64,000 nucleotides of DNA, from contig NC_090352.1 of assembly GCF_035084215.1 (NCBI RefSeq), positions 8,370,001 through 8,434,000 of the forward strand. The letters run 5' to 3'. Within the stretch, counting starts at the first letter, position 1, and every line of letters begins with the position of its first letter. The notes beneath the pieces were generated by a model that saw nothing but the letters and a program-made list of their open reading frames with translations, searched no databases and was not told where the DNA came from. The translations under genes were made by a program, and so were the position numbers. Source of the DNA: Heptranchias perlo. Lineage: Eukaryota. Shown here piece after piece: positions 25,211 through 38,308 of this stretch.

Positions 25211-26821
25211 TTTAAAGCTATGTGGTTAAATACATGTGAATCCCACTGAACTGCTTTAATTTAGCTGGTTCTGCTGTGGAATGGATTCTAATTGCCCTGC
25301 ATTTAACATGTGGATTTAAAGTAATGCTCAATTTGTGGATGTTGCACTCTTCCTGTGCCAGTTATCTGCTTTATGCTATCCCTACCTCAGCTTATTTTCT
25401 TGTGAGCCCCAGCTTTCTTTCTCTCTTTCTGTTTGTTTGTGTGAAAGCTGCTCAGTACCTCACATGCTCCATCTCCGAGGGGCAAGTGGCCAGGCCCTGT
25501 AACAAAAGGTGGGCTTAACGTGGGAGGAATGGGCTTCGCCTACACCCAGGAAGTGCCGCTTCAGAAGGGAGGAAAATGTGTTTTTGTGCAATTTCTTGTA
25601 ATCCAATATGAGATCCTGACAGTGATAGTCACCTGACTGACGGTCACTTCCTTAAGGGATATAACTGGGAGAAGCAACTGCTGTAGTCAGAAGATGCAGA
25701 GGAACAAATCCAAAATCTCAAAGATGCACTGTTGCAGTTCTGAAGTGTTCTAGAATAGATGAGGGAGTTGGTGCTTTTTAGAACATGAGTGAAAATGCGA
25801 CAGAGAAAGGCACTGAGGGCGGCAAAGAAAAAAGAAAAGAACTTGCATTTATATAGGGCCTTTCACGACCTCCAGATGTCCCAAAGTGCTTTACAGCCAA
25901 TTAAATACTTGTGAAATGTAGTCACTGTTGTTAATATAGGAGAAAAAGAGAGAAGCTGAGGAAATAAACCTGAAGGAGTGGTAGAGGTAGATCAGATACT
26001 ATGAACGTTTTTGAGTCACTGCAAGAAATAAAGCTGGTTGATTAATGTATATCCCCACATTGTTGCAGGTGCTATCCAAAGTAATAACATTAATGAAAGA
26101 CCCCATTCTTAACGAGTTTACAATTAACATTTTAAAAGTGCTAACTTGTATCATTTAAACCTTATACTGTATATAAAAGTTCAAGGTATGGATTGGGAAA
26201 AGGTTAAACTTTTCAGATTTACTTTCCTTAACTAGAGACCTTAATGAAAACTTGCTGTAGTACATTCCACAAAGGTTAGTTATCATTTAAATTTAATTAT
26301 CAAGTACTGTAATGACAGTGATCCAACATTATTCCTGACAGGATCTTTCCAAGGCCATTAGGCAGCTAAAACCAGTTAAACTATGAGCTCATTTGACTTG
26401 TGCAAGCAGATGTATCTCATCTGAATAATGACAGTGATAAGCCTTTACAATGCAATATAGTGCCTCTTGGAAGTAATGTAGAATCTAAGGAATACATTTA
26501 TGTGTCTCATTTAATAGTGGATTTACCCACTTAATTTCACTCCTTTAAAGGATCTTTGATTTGGTAACATATTTGCAAGATCAGCAAGCTGTACATTTTG
26601 AATCTTTGTCAGTAACTATTTATATATAAAAAACACAAAAAAGGCATTTAGTTCATTTAAACAGCAAGTCGGACAGCAACCTGCTTGTTAACCTCCAATA
26701 ATGCTGTTTGGCAACCAGCTGCCAGAAGGTGTGTGTGAACAATTCCGGAATGACTACTTCAGATTTTTGTTATGGCTTTACACAGTGGTACCACAGAAAC
26801 TGGTAACTCCGCTTGTGTCAC

Positions 26822-27272
26822 ACTTGGCTCAATGGTACTACCCTCACCTTTTTGAGTCAGAAGGTTGTGAGTTCAAGTTCCTCTTCAGGGCCCAAGTGCA
26901 TAATGTAAGCTGACACTTCAGTGCAGTACTGAGGGAGCGCTGCATTGTCAGAGCTGCAGTCTTTCGGATGAGTCGCTAAACCGAGGACCTGTCTGCCCTC
27001 TTGCGTGGACGTAATAAAGACCATGTTGTAGTTCAAAGAAGAGAAGAACAGTTTGCCTGTTATTCTGGACAATGTTTATCCCTCAAACAACATCAAAAAC
27101 AAATTAACTGGTCATCCCTTTCATTGCTGTTGATGGGACCTTGTGTGCAAATTGGTTTCTGCTTTTCTCTACAAAACAACAGTGACTCCACTTCAACAGT
27201 AATTCATTGGCTGTGAAGTGCTTTAGGATGTCCTGAATATGTGAAAGGCACTGTATATACAGTTTCTTTCTT
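26822..27272 (+). mobile_element. Full-length DeuSINE/SacSINE1-like SINE
   Basis: tRNA-like head (tggctcaatggta A box; gagttcaagt B box), Deu-like core ctttcggatgag..aaaccgagg, tail gtgaaaggcactgtatata. Confidence 0.75.
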
Positions 27273-27513
27273 TAACTATTGATATGAACCCTTGTCCCAT
27301 AGCTGGGCAGCACTGGGGGGAGGGTTTTTGTTTTTGGAGATGGGTATAAAATTAGTTGCCAAATATTAGCACGGTTAAGTAGCTAGTCATGTAGCTTCAC
27401 ATTCTTTCAAAAGCGCTAATAAATTCTGCAGCAACACAGGGTTTGCTTTATGCCAAGGGACTGTAGAGTTGTAGGTTTACATCAACAATTGTCCCTTCTC
27501 TCTAGGTTTAGTA

Positions 27514-28653
27514 ATCCAATTGGCTACCTCATGGGATCCAAGGTGAGGTAGCCAATTGGATACAAAATTGGCTTGACGACAGAAGACAGAGGGTGGTTGT
27601 AGAGGGTTGTTTTTCAAACTGGAGGCCTGTGTCCAGCGGTGTGCCTCAGGGATCGGTGCTGGGTCCGCTGTTATTTGTTATTTATATTAATGATTTGGAT
27701 GAGAATTTAGGAGGCATGGTTAGTAAGTTTGCAGATGACACCAAGATTGGTGGCATTGTGGACAGTGAAGAAGGTTATCTGGGATTGCAACGGGATCTTG
27801 ATCAATTGGGCCAGTGGGCCGATGAATGGCAGATGGAGTTTAATTTAGATAAATGTGAGGTGATGCATTTTGGTAGATCGAATCGGGCCAGGACCTACTC
27901 CGTTAATGGTAGGGCGTTGGGGAGAGTTATAGAACAAAGAGATCTAGGAGTACAGGTTCATAGCTCCTTGAAAGTGGAGTCACAGGTGGATAGGGTGGTG
28001 AAGAAGGCATTCGGCATGCTTGGTTTCATTGGTCAGAACATTGAATGCAGGAGTTGGGATGTCTTGTTGAAGTTGTACAGGGCATTGGTGAGGCCACACT
28101 TGGAGTACTGTGTACAGTTCTGGTCACCCTATTATAGAAAGGATATTATTAAACGAGAAAGAGTGCAGAAAAGATTTACTAGGATGCTACCGGGACTTGA
28201 TGGTTTGACTCACAGGGAGAGGTTAGACAGACTGGGACTTTTTTCCCTGGAGAGTAGGAGGTTAAGGGGTGATCTTATAGAAGTCTATAAAATAATGAGG
28301 GGCATAGATAAGGTCGATAGTCAAAATCTTTTCCCAAAGGTAGGGGAGTCTATAACGAGGGGGCATAGATTTAAGGTGAGAGGGGAGAGATACAAAAGGG
28401 TCCAGAGGGGCAATTTTTTCACTCAAAGGGTGGTGAGTGTCTGGAACGAGCTGCCAGAGGCAGTAGTAGAGGCGGGTACAATTTTGTCTTTTAAAAAGCA
28501 TTTGGACCGTTACATGGGTAAGATGGGTATAGAGGGATATGGGCCAAGTGCAGGCAATTGGGACTAGCTTAGTGGTATAAACTGGGCGACATGGACATGT
28601 TGGGCCGAAGGGCCTGTTTCCATGTTGTAACTTCTATGATTCTATGATTCTAT
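27514..28653 (+). mobile_element. Young 5'-truncated CR1 LINE with uninterrupted RT C-terminal ORF
   Basis: 324-aa ORF 27593-28567 (GVPQGSVLGP, FADD, RPHLEYCVQFWSP); (TTCTATGA)n tail. Confidence 0.95.
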
Positions 28654-29043
28654 AATTCCTTGGGGAATAGTGTAAGAATAATCATAACAAATTACAGCAT
28701 ACAGAAGTGCTGCTTTTGGACAATCACTAAAGCACACCAGGGTAGCCTGATGTAGACACTCGTCCAGTTTCCCTCCCTGTGAGGAGATTTCTGGCCTCTG
28801 CTCGACAATTACCCATGCTGTATGGCTGAGTTTAGGAATTCAAAGTGGGACTCAAATTTGTGCTCTTTAAACTTTGTAGCACAGTGTATTGGTCCTGCTA
28901 CATGCATTGTCATCGCCAGATTTACCCTGAGTTCCATAATGTCACACTAAGCAAAGATTATGAATGGTGGGTACGTAGTGTTTTTTACATTGAATATTAT
29001 TTTAGACTAGAATCTATTGACCTCTATTGCTTTCTTCATGCAG

Positions 29044-29187
29044 CCTGTGCTACCACACACTGCAGTCTGCAAGATCTGCGGTGAGGCAGGAAAGGAAGAC
29101 AATGTGGTGGATGAAGCAGAGAAATTTAATGCTAGCTTAATGGAATGCTCCATCTGCAATGAAATCTTACACCCAGGATGTCTAAAG
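29044..29187 (+). CDS. FBXL19: PHD finger exon 1 (phase 0-0)
   Basis: ttcttcatgcag acceptor, AAG|gtatgc donor, 144 nt; [19 protein letters not shown]...[16 protein letters not shown]. Confidence 0.9.
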
Positions 29188-30971
29188 GTATGCTTGACCT
29201 CGTTGACCTGATAAATCATATTTTGAAAAGTCCTAAAATCTTACATCTTTCATATTTGAAATATTTTTGATAGGGTTAATTTGAACAGTGTGAAGGAGCA
29301 ACAGCATGATTTGAGTGGATAGTTTAGTGTCAGAGGTGAAACGATTGTCACGATAATGAATACAGCAATCTATCATGAAATTATTATTATTTTGAAAACC
29401 TGACAATATGCAAATTACAATCAGTAGGTTTTATGCCCTGCAATGAAGTACTGCAAAAGTGCTTCATTCAATTGGCTATAACTCTGCAATATGACTTCCA
29501 TCCGTATAGACTCCATCTATTCTGCCCAAATGGGACCTGTAATCTTTTCCCAGGACCAGAGACCAAAGTGGAATGTTAAATGCCAACTGTTGCTAATACT
29601 TAGGGTTTCTTGCAGGGAGTGATGCACAATTCGCAGCTGCCAATTTAATACCGTTACATTTGGACTCTTTACAATTATAGTTGTTCTTTCACATCTGGAG
29701 GGAAGTGTTGGAATTAAAGGGTAAATTTTATGATGGCGATTTGCGGTGGCTCTTAAAATGCTATGAGTCGGTCCTACACTGGGATCGTTTGGGACCTCAT
29801 GCTGCCAATGTCTGAGAACCTAATCAAGTCTTCAAAAGCTATGAAAATAAGATTTGCGCTTACCTACCCAATATTTTACATGGTTTGTCCCAGAAGGCCT
29901 GTATAAAATGGGTGCATTTGAGATAAAGGTTCTTGCAGGCTGTTTAGCTGGTTTGTGCAAAGGGTTCCTTTTTCTGGCATTCATTTATTTATATATTAAT
30001 TCATAATTTTTTTCATCTGGCACTGAAACAAATTAAAATCTGTCTTTAAACACCCTAAACTTGTAGATTGAACATGCCTAGGGGAATTCCCATTGCCACC
30101 CTGGAGCTAGAGGACAAGGAGTTCCACAGGAATGCACGTAGGCAGGTCTGCCTACATCTGAGGTGGTATGCACCAACCTACTATTACCCAAGGAGTCGGA
30201 TCTATAGACCCTGCGAGAGCTACTTGGGCATGTCTGCCTTGATCACCGACACTTCATCAGGGAGGGAGTCTTGGAACTTTGCCATCTCCTCCTGCAGTCC
30301 AGGTTACGAAAAGTCTGCCTGCCCTGAACTTGTGTGCAACTGGCCCTTTTCAATCAAGATAAATTTGCAGTCCATCACTGTATACGTAAGGTCACTGATG
30401 CTTTGTTAAAATCTGGACTTATTTTGATATCTGCCACATGACCCTTATCTTAAGGCATTCCCAAGGATCTCAGATTTCTGAATGGCCAAGAAGGTCACAT
30501 TAACAAGAGTTCTGTATGTAGCTTGGTGGTATCAGTCTCCTTTGTACTACTTAAGTCCAAAATGATTGAGTAGGCTGTGAACATGCATTGATTCACAGGT
30601 AGCAGATAATATGAAACTTCTGAACAGCTGAACTGTTAAGAACAAGCTTTGTACTATGAAATTGAGCTGATTATTGCTGCTGTTCAACCTTTTCCATCAA
30701 ACAACCCAAAAATAGTTTTATTTTTTATTAAAAATCACTAATATGGCCAGTTACTTTTCAGACTGATGTACTTTGCATCCACCAAATATAGTATAACTTC
30801 TACTCTAGCTACCTGTTTTTGATTTACAATTGTTATGTTAATGGTGCATGGGTGTATATGTATGCCATATTTAGAAATAATTGTGTACAATTACGCCAGT
30901 GTGTGCATATCACAAGCATGTGTTTTGACAGCAAATCCAGGATATTACAAAGTGCATTTTTCTTTAATCAG

Positions 30972-31058
30972 GTGGAAGAGTCTGAAGGACTTATAAATGA
31001 TGAGTTGCCAAATTGCTGGGAATGTCCAAAGTGCAACCAGGAAGGAAAAACGGGCAAA
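30972..31058 (+). CDS. FBXL19: PHD finger exon 2 (phase 0-0)
   Basis: ttctttaatcag acceptor, AAA|gtaagt donor, 87 nt; [29 protein letters not shown]. Confidence 0.9.
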
Positions 31059-31544
31059 GTAAGTGATGAAATAAGTGATTGATTTACTATTTACAAAGGA
31101 AATTCCTGATTTATAAGGAATGTCAAACCTAATATACACAACTGAGCCTATATTTGGGGCCATGTTCATTTCTGATCAGAAATTACTTGAAGCTAAAGCC
31201 ACTAGAGGAAATTAATTCTGCTTGTTACACAATCTGACACACATGTGTTTCTAATTTTACTTGTACTGTATAATTTCCACTATCTGCCACGATTGAGGGA
31301 ATCGTTCATCCTCACCCCTTATTTTTTCCCTCCTTCCAGCTTATAGATCTGACAAAGACATATCAGAATGTTACCTTAATTGGGAGAGTCTAGGAGCTGT
31401 GGAGGGCCAAAGGGATTTAGGTGTCCATGTACACAAATCGCCAAAAGTGCAGTGGTACATAACATAAACCGAAAGGCTAATGGAATATTGCCCTTTATCT
31501 CAAGGTGGTTGGAGTACAAAAATGAGGAAGCGATGCTTCAGCCA

Positions 31545-31855
31545 TACAGTTTCTTTTCTTTTCTCTTTTTTTTTCTCTTTCTCTTTCTTTCTCTCCCCCA
31601 TGTGTGTGTGGGGGTGGGGGGGGCAGCTGTCTCTGTGTGGGTCGGGGGGGGTGCTCTCCGTGTGGGTGGCTGTCTCTCTCTTGCTCTCTCACTCCCTGTG
31701 GATGGGTGGCTCTCTCCCTCCCCCTGTGTTTGGGGGGGGGCTCTGTCTGTGTGGGTGGGGGGGGGGGGCTTGTCTGTGTCTGTGTGTGTGGCTCTCGCTC
31801 TCTCGTGGGCGTGCAGGTGCGCTCTTTTTTTCTTTTTTCCCCCCCTCCCCTCGCA
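31545..31855. repeat. CT/GT/G-rich low-complexity tract following a CR1 fragment (~31385-31545)
   Basis: Runs of ctct, gtgt and poly-G; the overlapping ORFs have biased composition. Confidence 0.8.
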
Positions 31856-32771
31856 GGCGAGCGCCCGCACCCTGGCCCAGGGACCTTTCGCGTGCTCTGT
31901 GTATGTATTCGCTTTGTTGACCTACCTGGTGATAGAAATGACAAACAGCAACACTTGTACTCCAGACGCAGAAGGGAGGCCTTGGCTCTGCCATCCTAGC
32001 TCTTTGGACTTGGGTGTGTGGGAGATATCGCTATGGAGAGGAAGTGTGCACTCCATATTAGGCAAACAGAAACCCTGCAGGTGGCTACAGACTTCTCAGT
32101 GATTGAAGAGTCTCTTAATTAAATGTGGAGATGGGTTTCCGTGCATGTCAGACACCTGGCTGAAACTTGTCTGCACCCTTTTTTACCCCCCCCCCCCCCT
32201 TTAAAATTAGCAAGCAAGCCACCTTTCTGATTGTGGAGCAGAGAGGGAAGGCATGGGGTTTGAGACCTATATTAAATGTTATACATTTGTGGTCCAAGTG
32301 AGAATTTGAGACTGCCCCTGTGCCAGACTTCATCTGCACTGCTGTTGAATGCACATAATTAAGGTTTACATTGGCATTATAATATTTATAGATCTGCTTT
32401 TTGTGTAGCATTGCAGAAACTGTAAATGCCATCTAAACACTCTGAAAAACAGTTGCATTGCAAACCCTTTTAAAATCAGTTTCAAGGACATAAGTGGGAC
32501 ATTTATTATACAATTTTTAAAAATTATTTTGGATTCGGCCAAACACATTTAATAGTGTAATGAGGTATTAATTTTTTTCAGAAAATGTGTGATCGTGATT
32601 TAAATGTTATTGCTACATATGTAGTTTTGTACTTATAAACAAGACACAAAGGAAAAATCGATTAAAGTAAAATACATATAGACCACATACCACACCAGGC
32701 AGCGCAGCGCAAGCTTCTCTGCAATAGCGGGTGGTAATGTGCGTTTATTCCCATTTCCGATCTTCATGCAG

Positions 32772-32987
32772 AAGAGAGGCCCTGGGTTTAAATTCGCCTC
32801 CAATCTTCCTGGGTCTCTCTTAAAGGAGTTTAAAGAAGGTGAAGATGGAGGGAGACGGAAGTCTGAAGATCTTGGACGTCCGAAAATGGAGGACTATCAT
32901 CCCAACAGGCGGAAATCTGACGATGGTCTGGGGCTCAAAAGAAGAAAGGAAAAGGATCTTCCAACAGATTTGGGTCCAAGAAAAAAG
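32772..32987 (+). CDS. FBXL19: Post-PHD basic linker exon (phase 0-0)
   Basis: tcttcatgcag acceptor, AAG|gtatat donor, 216 nt; KRGPGFKFASNLPGSLLKE...RRKSDD...GPRKK, matching the KDM2B/FBXL19 linker. Confidence 0.85.
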
Positions 32988-33975
32988 GTATATCCCTTAT
33001 TTAATCTTTTTGTTTAAAGATGTGAGATTAAGAAAGGCTAATATTTGGAGGCATCTCATGTCAAAAGATTTCATCCAGATACAAAGTTAGAGAACTCCAC
33101 AGTGTATGGGCAATGCTTAGCAAAAAAAAAATTTGCCCACCAGTAATTTGTTTCCAGGCTCATGTGGAGTGTTCAGGGGGAGGGAAATACTTTTGTGGTG
33201 GCTGTCACTTGTGCTGACCTGAAATCATTTGATGTATTAGAGTAAATGTGAATTCATTGATTGATACAGGAAATGGGTTGTAGAAGTACCTGTTTTATCT
33301 TAATTTATTCTTTGTACTGCACATTAATAAATTTTGTGAGCTACAGTTGCTAACTACCAATTTGAAGAATATAAAGTGTTAACGGGCATTAAAATGTGCA
33401 AGTCTCTGCATAGAATGTTGTGTTCCAGTGTGGATATAATGCAAGTCTGGGGATCAAAAAAGAAAGTATTAGAATGAACTGAAGCTAAAGGCATCTGTAG
33501 CAAATCAGATATTCCTATAACTATGTATAAAAATGTTCATGTGGCTAATCCTTCAGTATCTGCTTACTCTGATTTGGGTATTGTATAAATTGGATAAAGG
33601 CATAGCATACCTCACCAGAGAATTTGTTCAGGCACTGAATCAGTGAATTCAATCCAGTAATAGGCCATAGGAAAACAGAGGGCCTATAGGCGTATTTCAA
33701 TGCAAAAACTTTACAGAATTTGGCCTCTGATTTCAAAAAGATTTGTTTTGAGAATGGAGGTCTTAAGTTAGAGCTAACTGCAGTGTCTTTTTGTGTATTC
33801 CTTTTTTGCGAAGCCAATCATCAATCGGGCTCTTTCTGGCATCTTGGTTTGCTTAGAAAACACTTATCTGCTGAAGCCTTGCATTGTGGATTCTGCTGCA
33901 TCATCTATTGTTACTGATGTCTTCAGAAGCCCTCGTCAGATTCTGCTTTTAAAGACAAAATCTCAAAGGAGAAAA

Positions 33976-35305
33976 TCGGTGGTGGGGAAACTTTGAGACA
34001 ATAATCTGGGACAAAATTAATTGTCACTTGGAAAAGTATGGGCTAATAAATGAAAGTCAGCACAGATTTGTTAAAGGAAAATAGTGTTTGACTAACTTGA
34101 TTGAGTTCTTTGATGAAGTAATGGAGAGGGTTGATGAGGGTAGTTCGGTTGATATGGACTTTCAAAAGGCAGTTGATAAAGTACCACATAATAGACTTGT
34201 TAGGAAAATTAAAGTACATAGGATTAAAAGGATAACGGCAGCATGGATACAAAATTGGCTAAGAGGCAGAAAGCAGAAAGCAGAGAGTAGTGGTGAACGT
34301 TTGTTTTTCAGACTGGAGGGAGATATACAGTGGTGTTCCCCAGGGGTCAGTATTAGGACCATTGCTCTTTTTGATATATATTAATGACCTGGACTTGGGT
34401 CTACAGGGTGTAATTTCAAAGTCTGCAGATGACACGAAACTCAGAAATGTAATAAACAATGTAAAGGATAGTAACAGACTTCAGGCTGGTGAAATGGGCA
34501 CACACATGGCAGATGAAATTTAATGCTGAGAAGTGTGAATTAATACATTTTGGTAGGAAGAATGAGGAGAGGCAATATAAACTCAATGGTACAATTTTAA
34601 AGGGGGTACAGGAACAGAGACCTGGAGGTGCATGTACACAAATCTTTGAAAGTGGCAGGACAAGTTGAGAAGGCTGTTAAAAAGCATATGGGATCCTGGG
34701 CTTTATTAATTAGAGTACAAAAGCAGTGAAGTTATGCTAAACATTTAAAGAATACTGGTTAGGCCTCAGCTGGAGTATTGTATTCAATTCTGGGCACCAC
34801 GCTTTAGGAGGGATGTCAAGGCCTTAAAAGGTGCAGAAAAGATTTACTAGAATGGTACCAGTAATGTGGGACTTCAGTTATGTGGAGAGTTTGGAGAAGC
34901 TGGGGTGATTCTCCTTAGAGCAGAGAAGGTTAAAGGGAGATTTGGTAGAGATGTTCAAGATCATGAATGGTTTTGATAGAGTAAATAAGGAGAAACTGTT
35001 TCTAGTGGCAGAAGGGTTGGTAACCAGAGGACACAGATTTAAGGTGATTAGCAAAAGAACTAGAGGAAACTTTTTTTTAAGCAGCGAGTTGTTATGATCT
35101 GGAATACACTGCCTGAAAGGATGGTGGAAGCATATTTGATAATAGCTTTCAAAAGGGAATTGGATAAATACTTGAAGGGGAAAAAATTTACAGGGCTATG
35201 GTGAAAGAGCAGGGGAGTGGGACTAATTGGATAGCTCTTTCAACGAGCTCGCACAGGCATGATGGGCTGAATGGTCTCCTTCTGTGCTGTAGCATATTAT
35301 GATAC
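33976..35305 (+). mobile_element. CR1 LINE, 5'-truncated, decayed
   Basis: TNLIEFFDEV, DFQKAVDKVPH, GVPQGSVLGP; CR1 3' UTR. Confidence 0.92.
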
Positions 35306-36489
35306 TAAAGTCTTCTGAAGAATTGCTAACCATTTTTTTCAAAAAATCACCCCCACAAACCTGGTAGAAATTTTACATTCAGGTATGGGGTGTTGTGACG
35401 TACGAAGATCCATTAGAAATTTATTGCCATATATAATATATATGGACGTACTGAATTGTTATTAAGCCACCAGCTGATATGGACATTGTGACTGAGCAGA
35501 AGCTGTGAAATTGTGACATTCTGTTGGGCAGTGGTGGAGTTAAACTATTTCAGTGGGCAAATTACTCCAAAGCTTGACACCAGTACATTGGCTGCCTCAC
35601 ATGAGTACATGAGCTCCTAGAATGATGCAACTTGAGTCACCTCATTAAATATCTGGGAGTTGTCCTTTTGTGAAATTACAGATTTTTTTTATATACTATA
35701 GAACAGACACAGAGAAACGTGGTGCGTTTGTTTAGAAGAATAGCTTGTCCTGAAATCTTTAATATATTAGCATGCACTTGGATGCCATTCACATTTTATT
35801 CTGCCCATTCAATCCAACGTTCTTTTGCTGCTGGCACGGTGGGTCTGACTGAGTTTTTTTATAGGAGCATGTAGTTGTAGCCTGTTTCGGGTCCGAGCCT
35901 GTTTTTCATTAAAACTTGAATCGCAACAGTATTATCCAGTTTGTCAGCCAAGCTTGATGTTAAATATGTTTGTTATGTTGAAGGGTGATAAAGAACCAAA
36001 CAGAAAGGTAGAAAGTGATCCAACAGACTGAAAAGTGATGCCAAGATGCCACGAAAGGGATGAAATGAAAGGAAAAGATTGTGTAGCTTGCAGAAATTCT
36101 ACAACTTGGAAGTTGTGCCATTTTAAAAAATATACCGTAGAACTGTTAATAGCTGAAGCAGTTCACTGGGACTTCTGGTGCCCTGGAATCCTCCCCATCT
36201 TGCATTGCTAGGTGCATTTCAAAGCGTTGGTGGCAATGGAGCAGCAAATGCAAGGTTTAAAACTGTGATTTTTCTGGCTGCAGACTTACCCTGATTTTAG
36301 GGTAGATCTGCACAGACAATGCAAAATCAGTCTGCGGCCAGAAAGAATGACGGGCAGCAGTGTTGACGGCAACTATTCGTGGCCCTTTACATTCTACCTG
36401 ATAGCGCACTATAGGAACTTTAGGAAAACCACCTCCTAGGATGGATCCTAGTCCCTCTGACAACCACGTCACTTATGCTGCTGCACCAT

Positions 36490-38308
36490 GAAGGCTGAAG
36501 CGTTTGCAACCATCTTCAGCCAGAAGTTCCGAGTGGATGATCCATCTCGACCTCCTCCCGATATCCCCACCATCACGGAAGCCAGTCTTCAGCCAATTCG
36601 ATTCACTCCACGTGATATCAAGAAACGGCTGAATGCACTGGATACAGCAAAGGCTATGGGCCCCGACAACATCCCGGCTGTAGTACTGAAGTCTTGTGCT
36701 CCAGAACTAGCCGCACCTCTAGCCAAACTGCTCCAGTACAGCTACAACATTGGCATCTACGTGACAATGTGGAAAATTGCCCAGGTATGTCCTGTCCACA
36801 AAAAGCAGGACAAATCCAATCCGGCCATCAGTCTACTCTCAATCATCAGCAAAGTGATGGAAGGTGTCGTTGACAGTGCTATCAAGCGGCACTTAATCAC
36901 CAATAACCTGCTCACCGATGCTCAGTTTGGGTTCCACCAGAACCACTCTGCTCCAGACCTCATTACAGCCTTGGTCCAAACATGGACAAAAGAACTGAAT
37001 TCCAGAGGTGAGGTGAGAGTGACTGCCCTTGATATCAAGGCAGCATTTGACAAAGTGTGGCACCAAGGAGCCCTAGTAAAATTGAAGTCAATGGGAATCA
37101 GGGGGAAAACTCTCCAGTGGTTGGAGTCATACCTAGCACAAAGGAAGATGGTAATGGTTGTTGGAGGCCAATCATCTCAGCCCCAGTACATTGCTGCAAG
37201 AGTTCCTTAAGGCAGTGTCCTAGGCCCAACCATCTTCAGCTGCTTCATCAATGACCTTCCCTCTATCATAAGGTCAGAAATGGGGATGATCGCTGATGAT
37301 TGCAGAGTGTTTAGTTCCATTCGCAACTCCTCAAATAATGAAGCAGTCCAGCAAGGCCTGGACAATATCCAGGCTTGGGCTCATAAGTGGCAAGTAACAT
37401 TCGCGCCAAACAAGTGCCATACAATGACCATCTCCAACAAGAGGGAGTCTAACCACCTCCCCATTACATTCAACGGCCTTACCATCGCTGAATCCCCCAC
37501 CATCAACATCCTGGGGGTCACCATTGACCAGAAACTTAACTGGACCAGCCATATAAATACTGTGGCTACAAGAGCAGGTCAGAGGCTGGGTATTCTGCGG
37601 CGAGTGACTCACCTCCTGACTCCCCAAAGCCTTTCCACCATCTACAAGGCACAAGTCAGGAGTGTGATGGAATACTCTCCACTTGCCTGGATGAGTGCAG
37701 CTACAACAACACTCAAGAAGCTCGACACCATCCAGGACAAAGCAGCCCGCTTGATTGGCACCCCATCGACCACCCTAAACATTCACTCCCTTCACCACCA
37801 GCGCACCGTGGCTGCAGTGTGTACCACCCACAGGATGCAGTGCCGAACCTTCACCACACTCACTGCAGCGGTTCAAGAAGGCAGCTCACCACCACCTTCT
37901 CAAGGGCAATTAGGGATGGGCAATAAATGTTGGCCTCGCCTGTGACGCCCACATCCCATGAACGAATAAAAAAAAAACTCGCCAAGGCTTCTTCGACAGC
38001 ACCTCCCAAACCCACGACCTCTACCACCTAGAAAGACAAGGGCAGCAGGCACATGGGAACAACACCACCTGCACGTTCCCCTCCAAGTCACACACCATCC
38101 CAACTTAGAAATATATCGCCGTTCCTTCATCGTCGCTAGGTCAAAATCCTGGAACTCCCTACCTAACAGCACTGTGGGAGAACCTTCACCAAACGGACTG
38201 CAGCGGTTCAAGAAGGCGGCTCACCACCACCTTCTCGAGGGCAATTAGGGATGGGCAATAAATGCTGGCCTCGCCAGCGACACCCACATCCCATGAACGA
38301 ATAAAAAC
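36490..38308 (+). mobile_element. Poly(A)-tailed LINE, 5'-truncated, with internal same-family tail insertion
   Basis: Near-identical to 17450-20195 and 57181-59587; extra tail at ~37844-37977. Confidence 0.95.

Noticed and set aside
26822-26900. tRNA-like A/B boxes
   Set aside because: SINE head rather than a tRNA gene; no cloverleaf.
31380-32102. 240-aa and overlapping ORFs
   Set aside because: CR1 fragment fused to low-complexity sequence that is open in many frames; a faint endonuclease-like SVHSILGK/DTWL downstream is too weak to call.
29033-32771. Identical TCTTCATGCAG at two exon acceptors
   Set aside because: Short, and partly forced by the acceptor consensus; plausible coincidence.
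33927-33978. Possible exon KPSSDSAFKDKISKEK after cttcag, cut by a CR1
   Set aside because: Short pyrimidine tract, no phase-0 donor and no recognisable family similarity.
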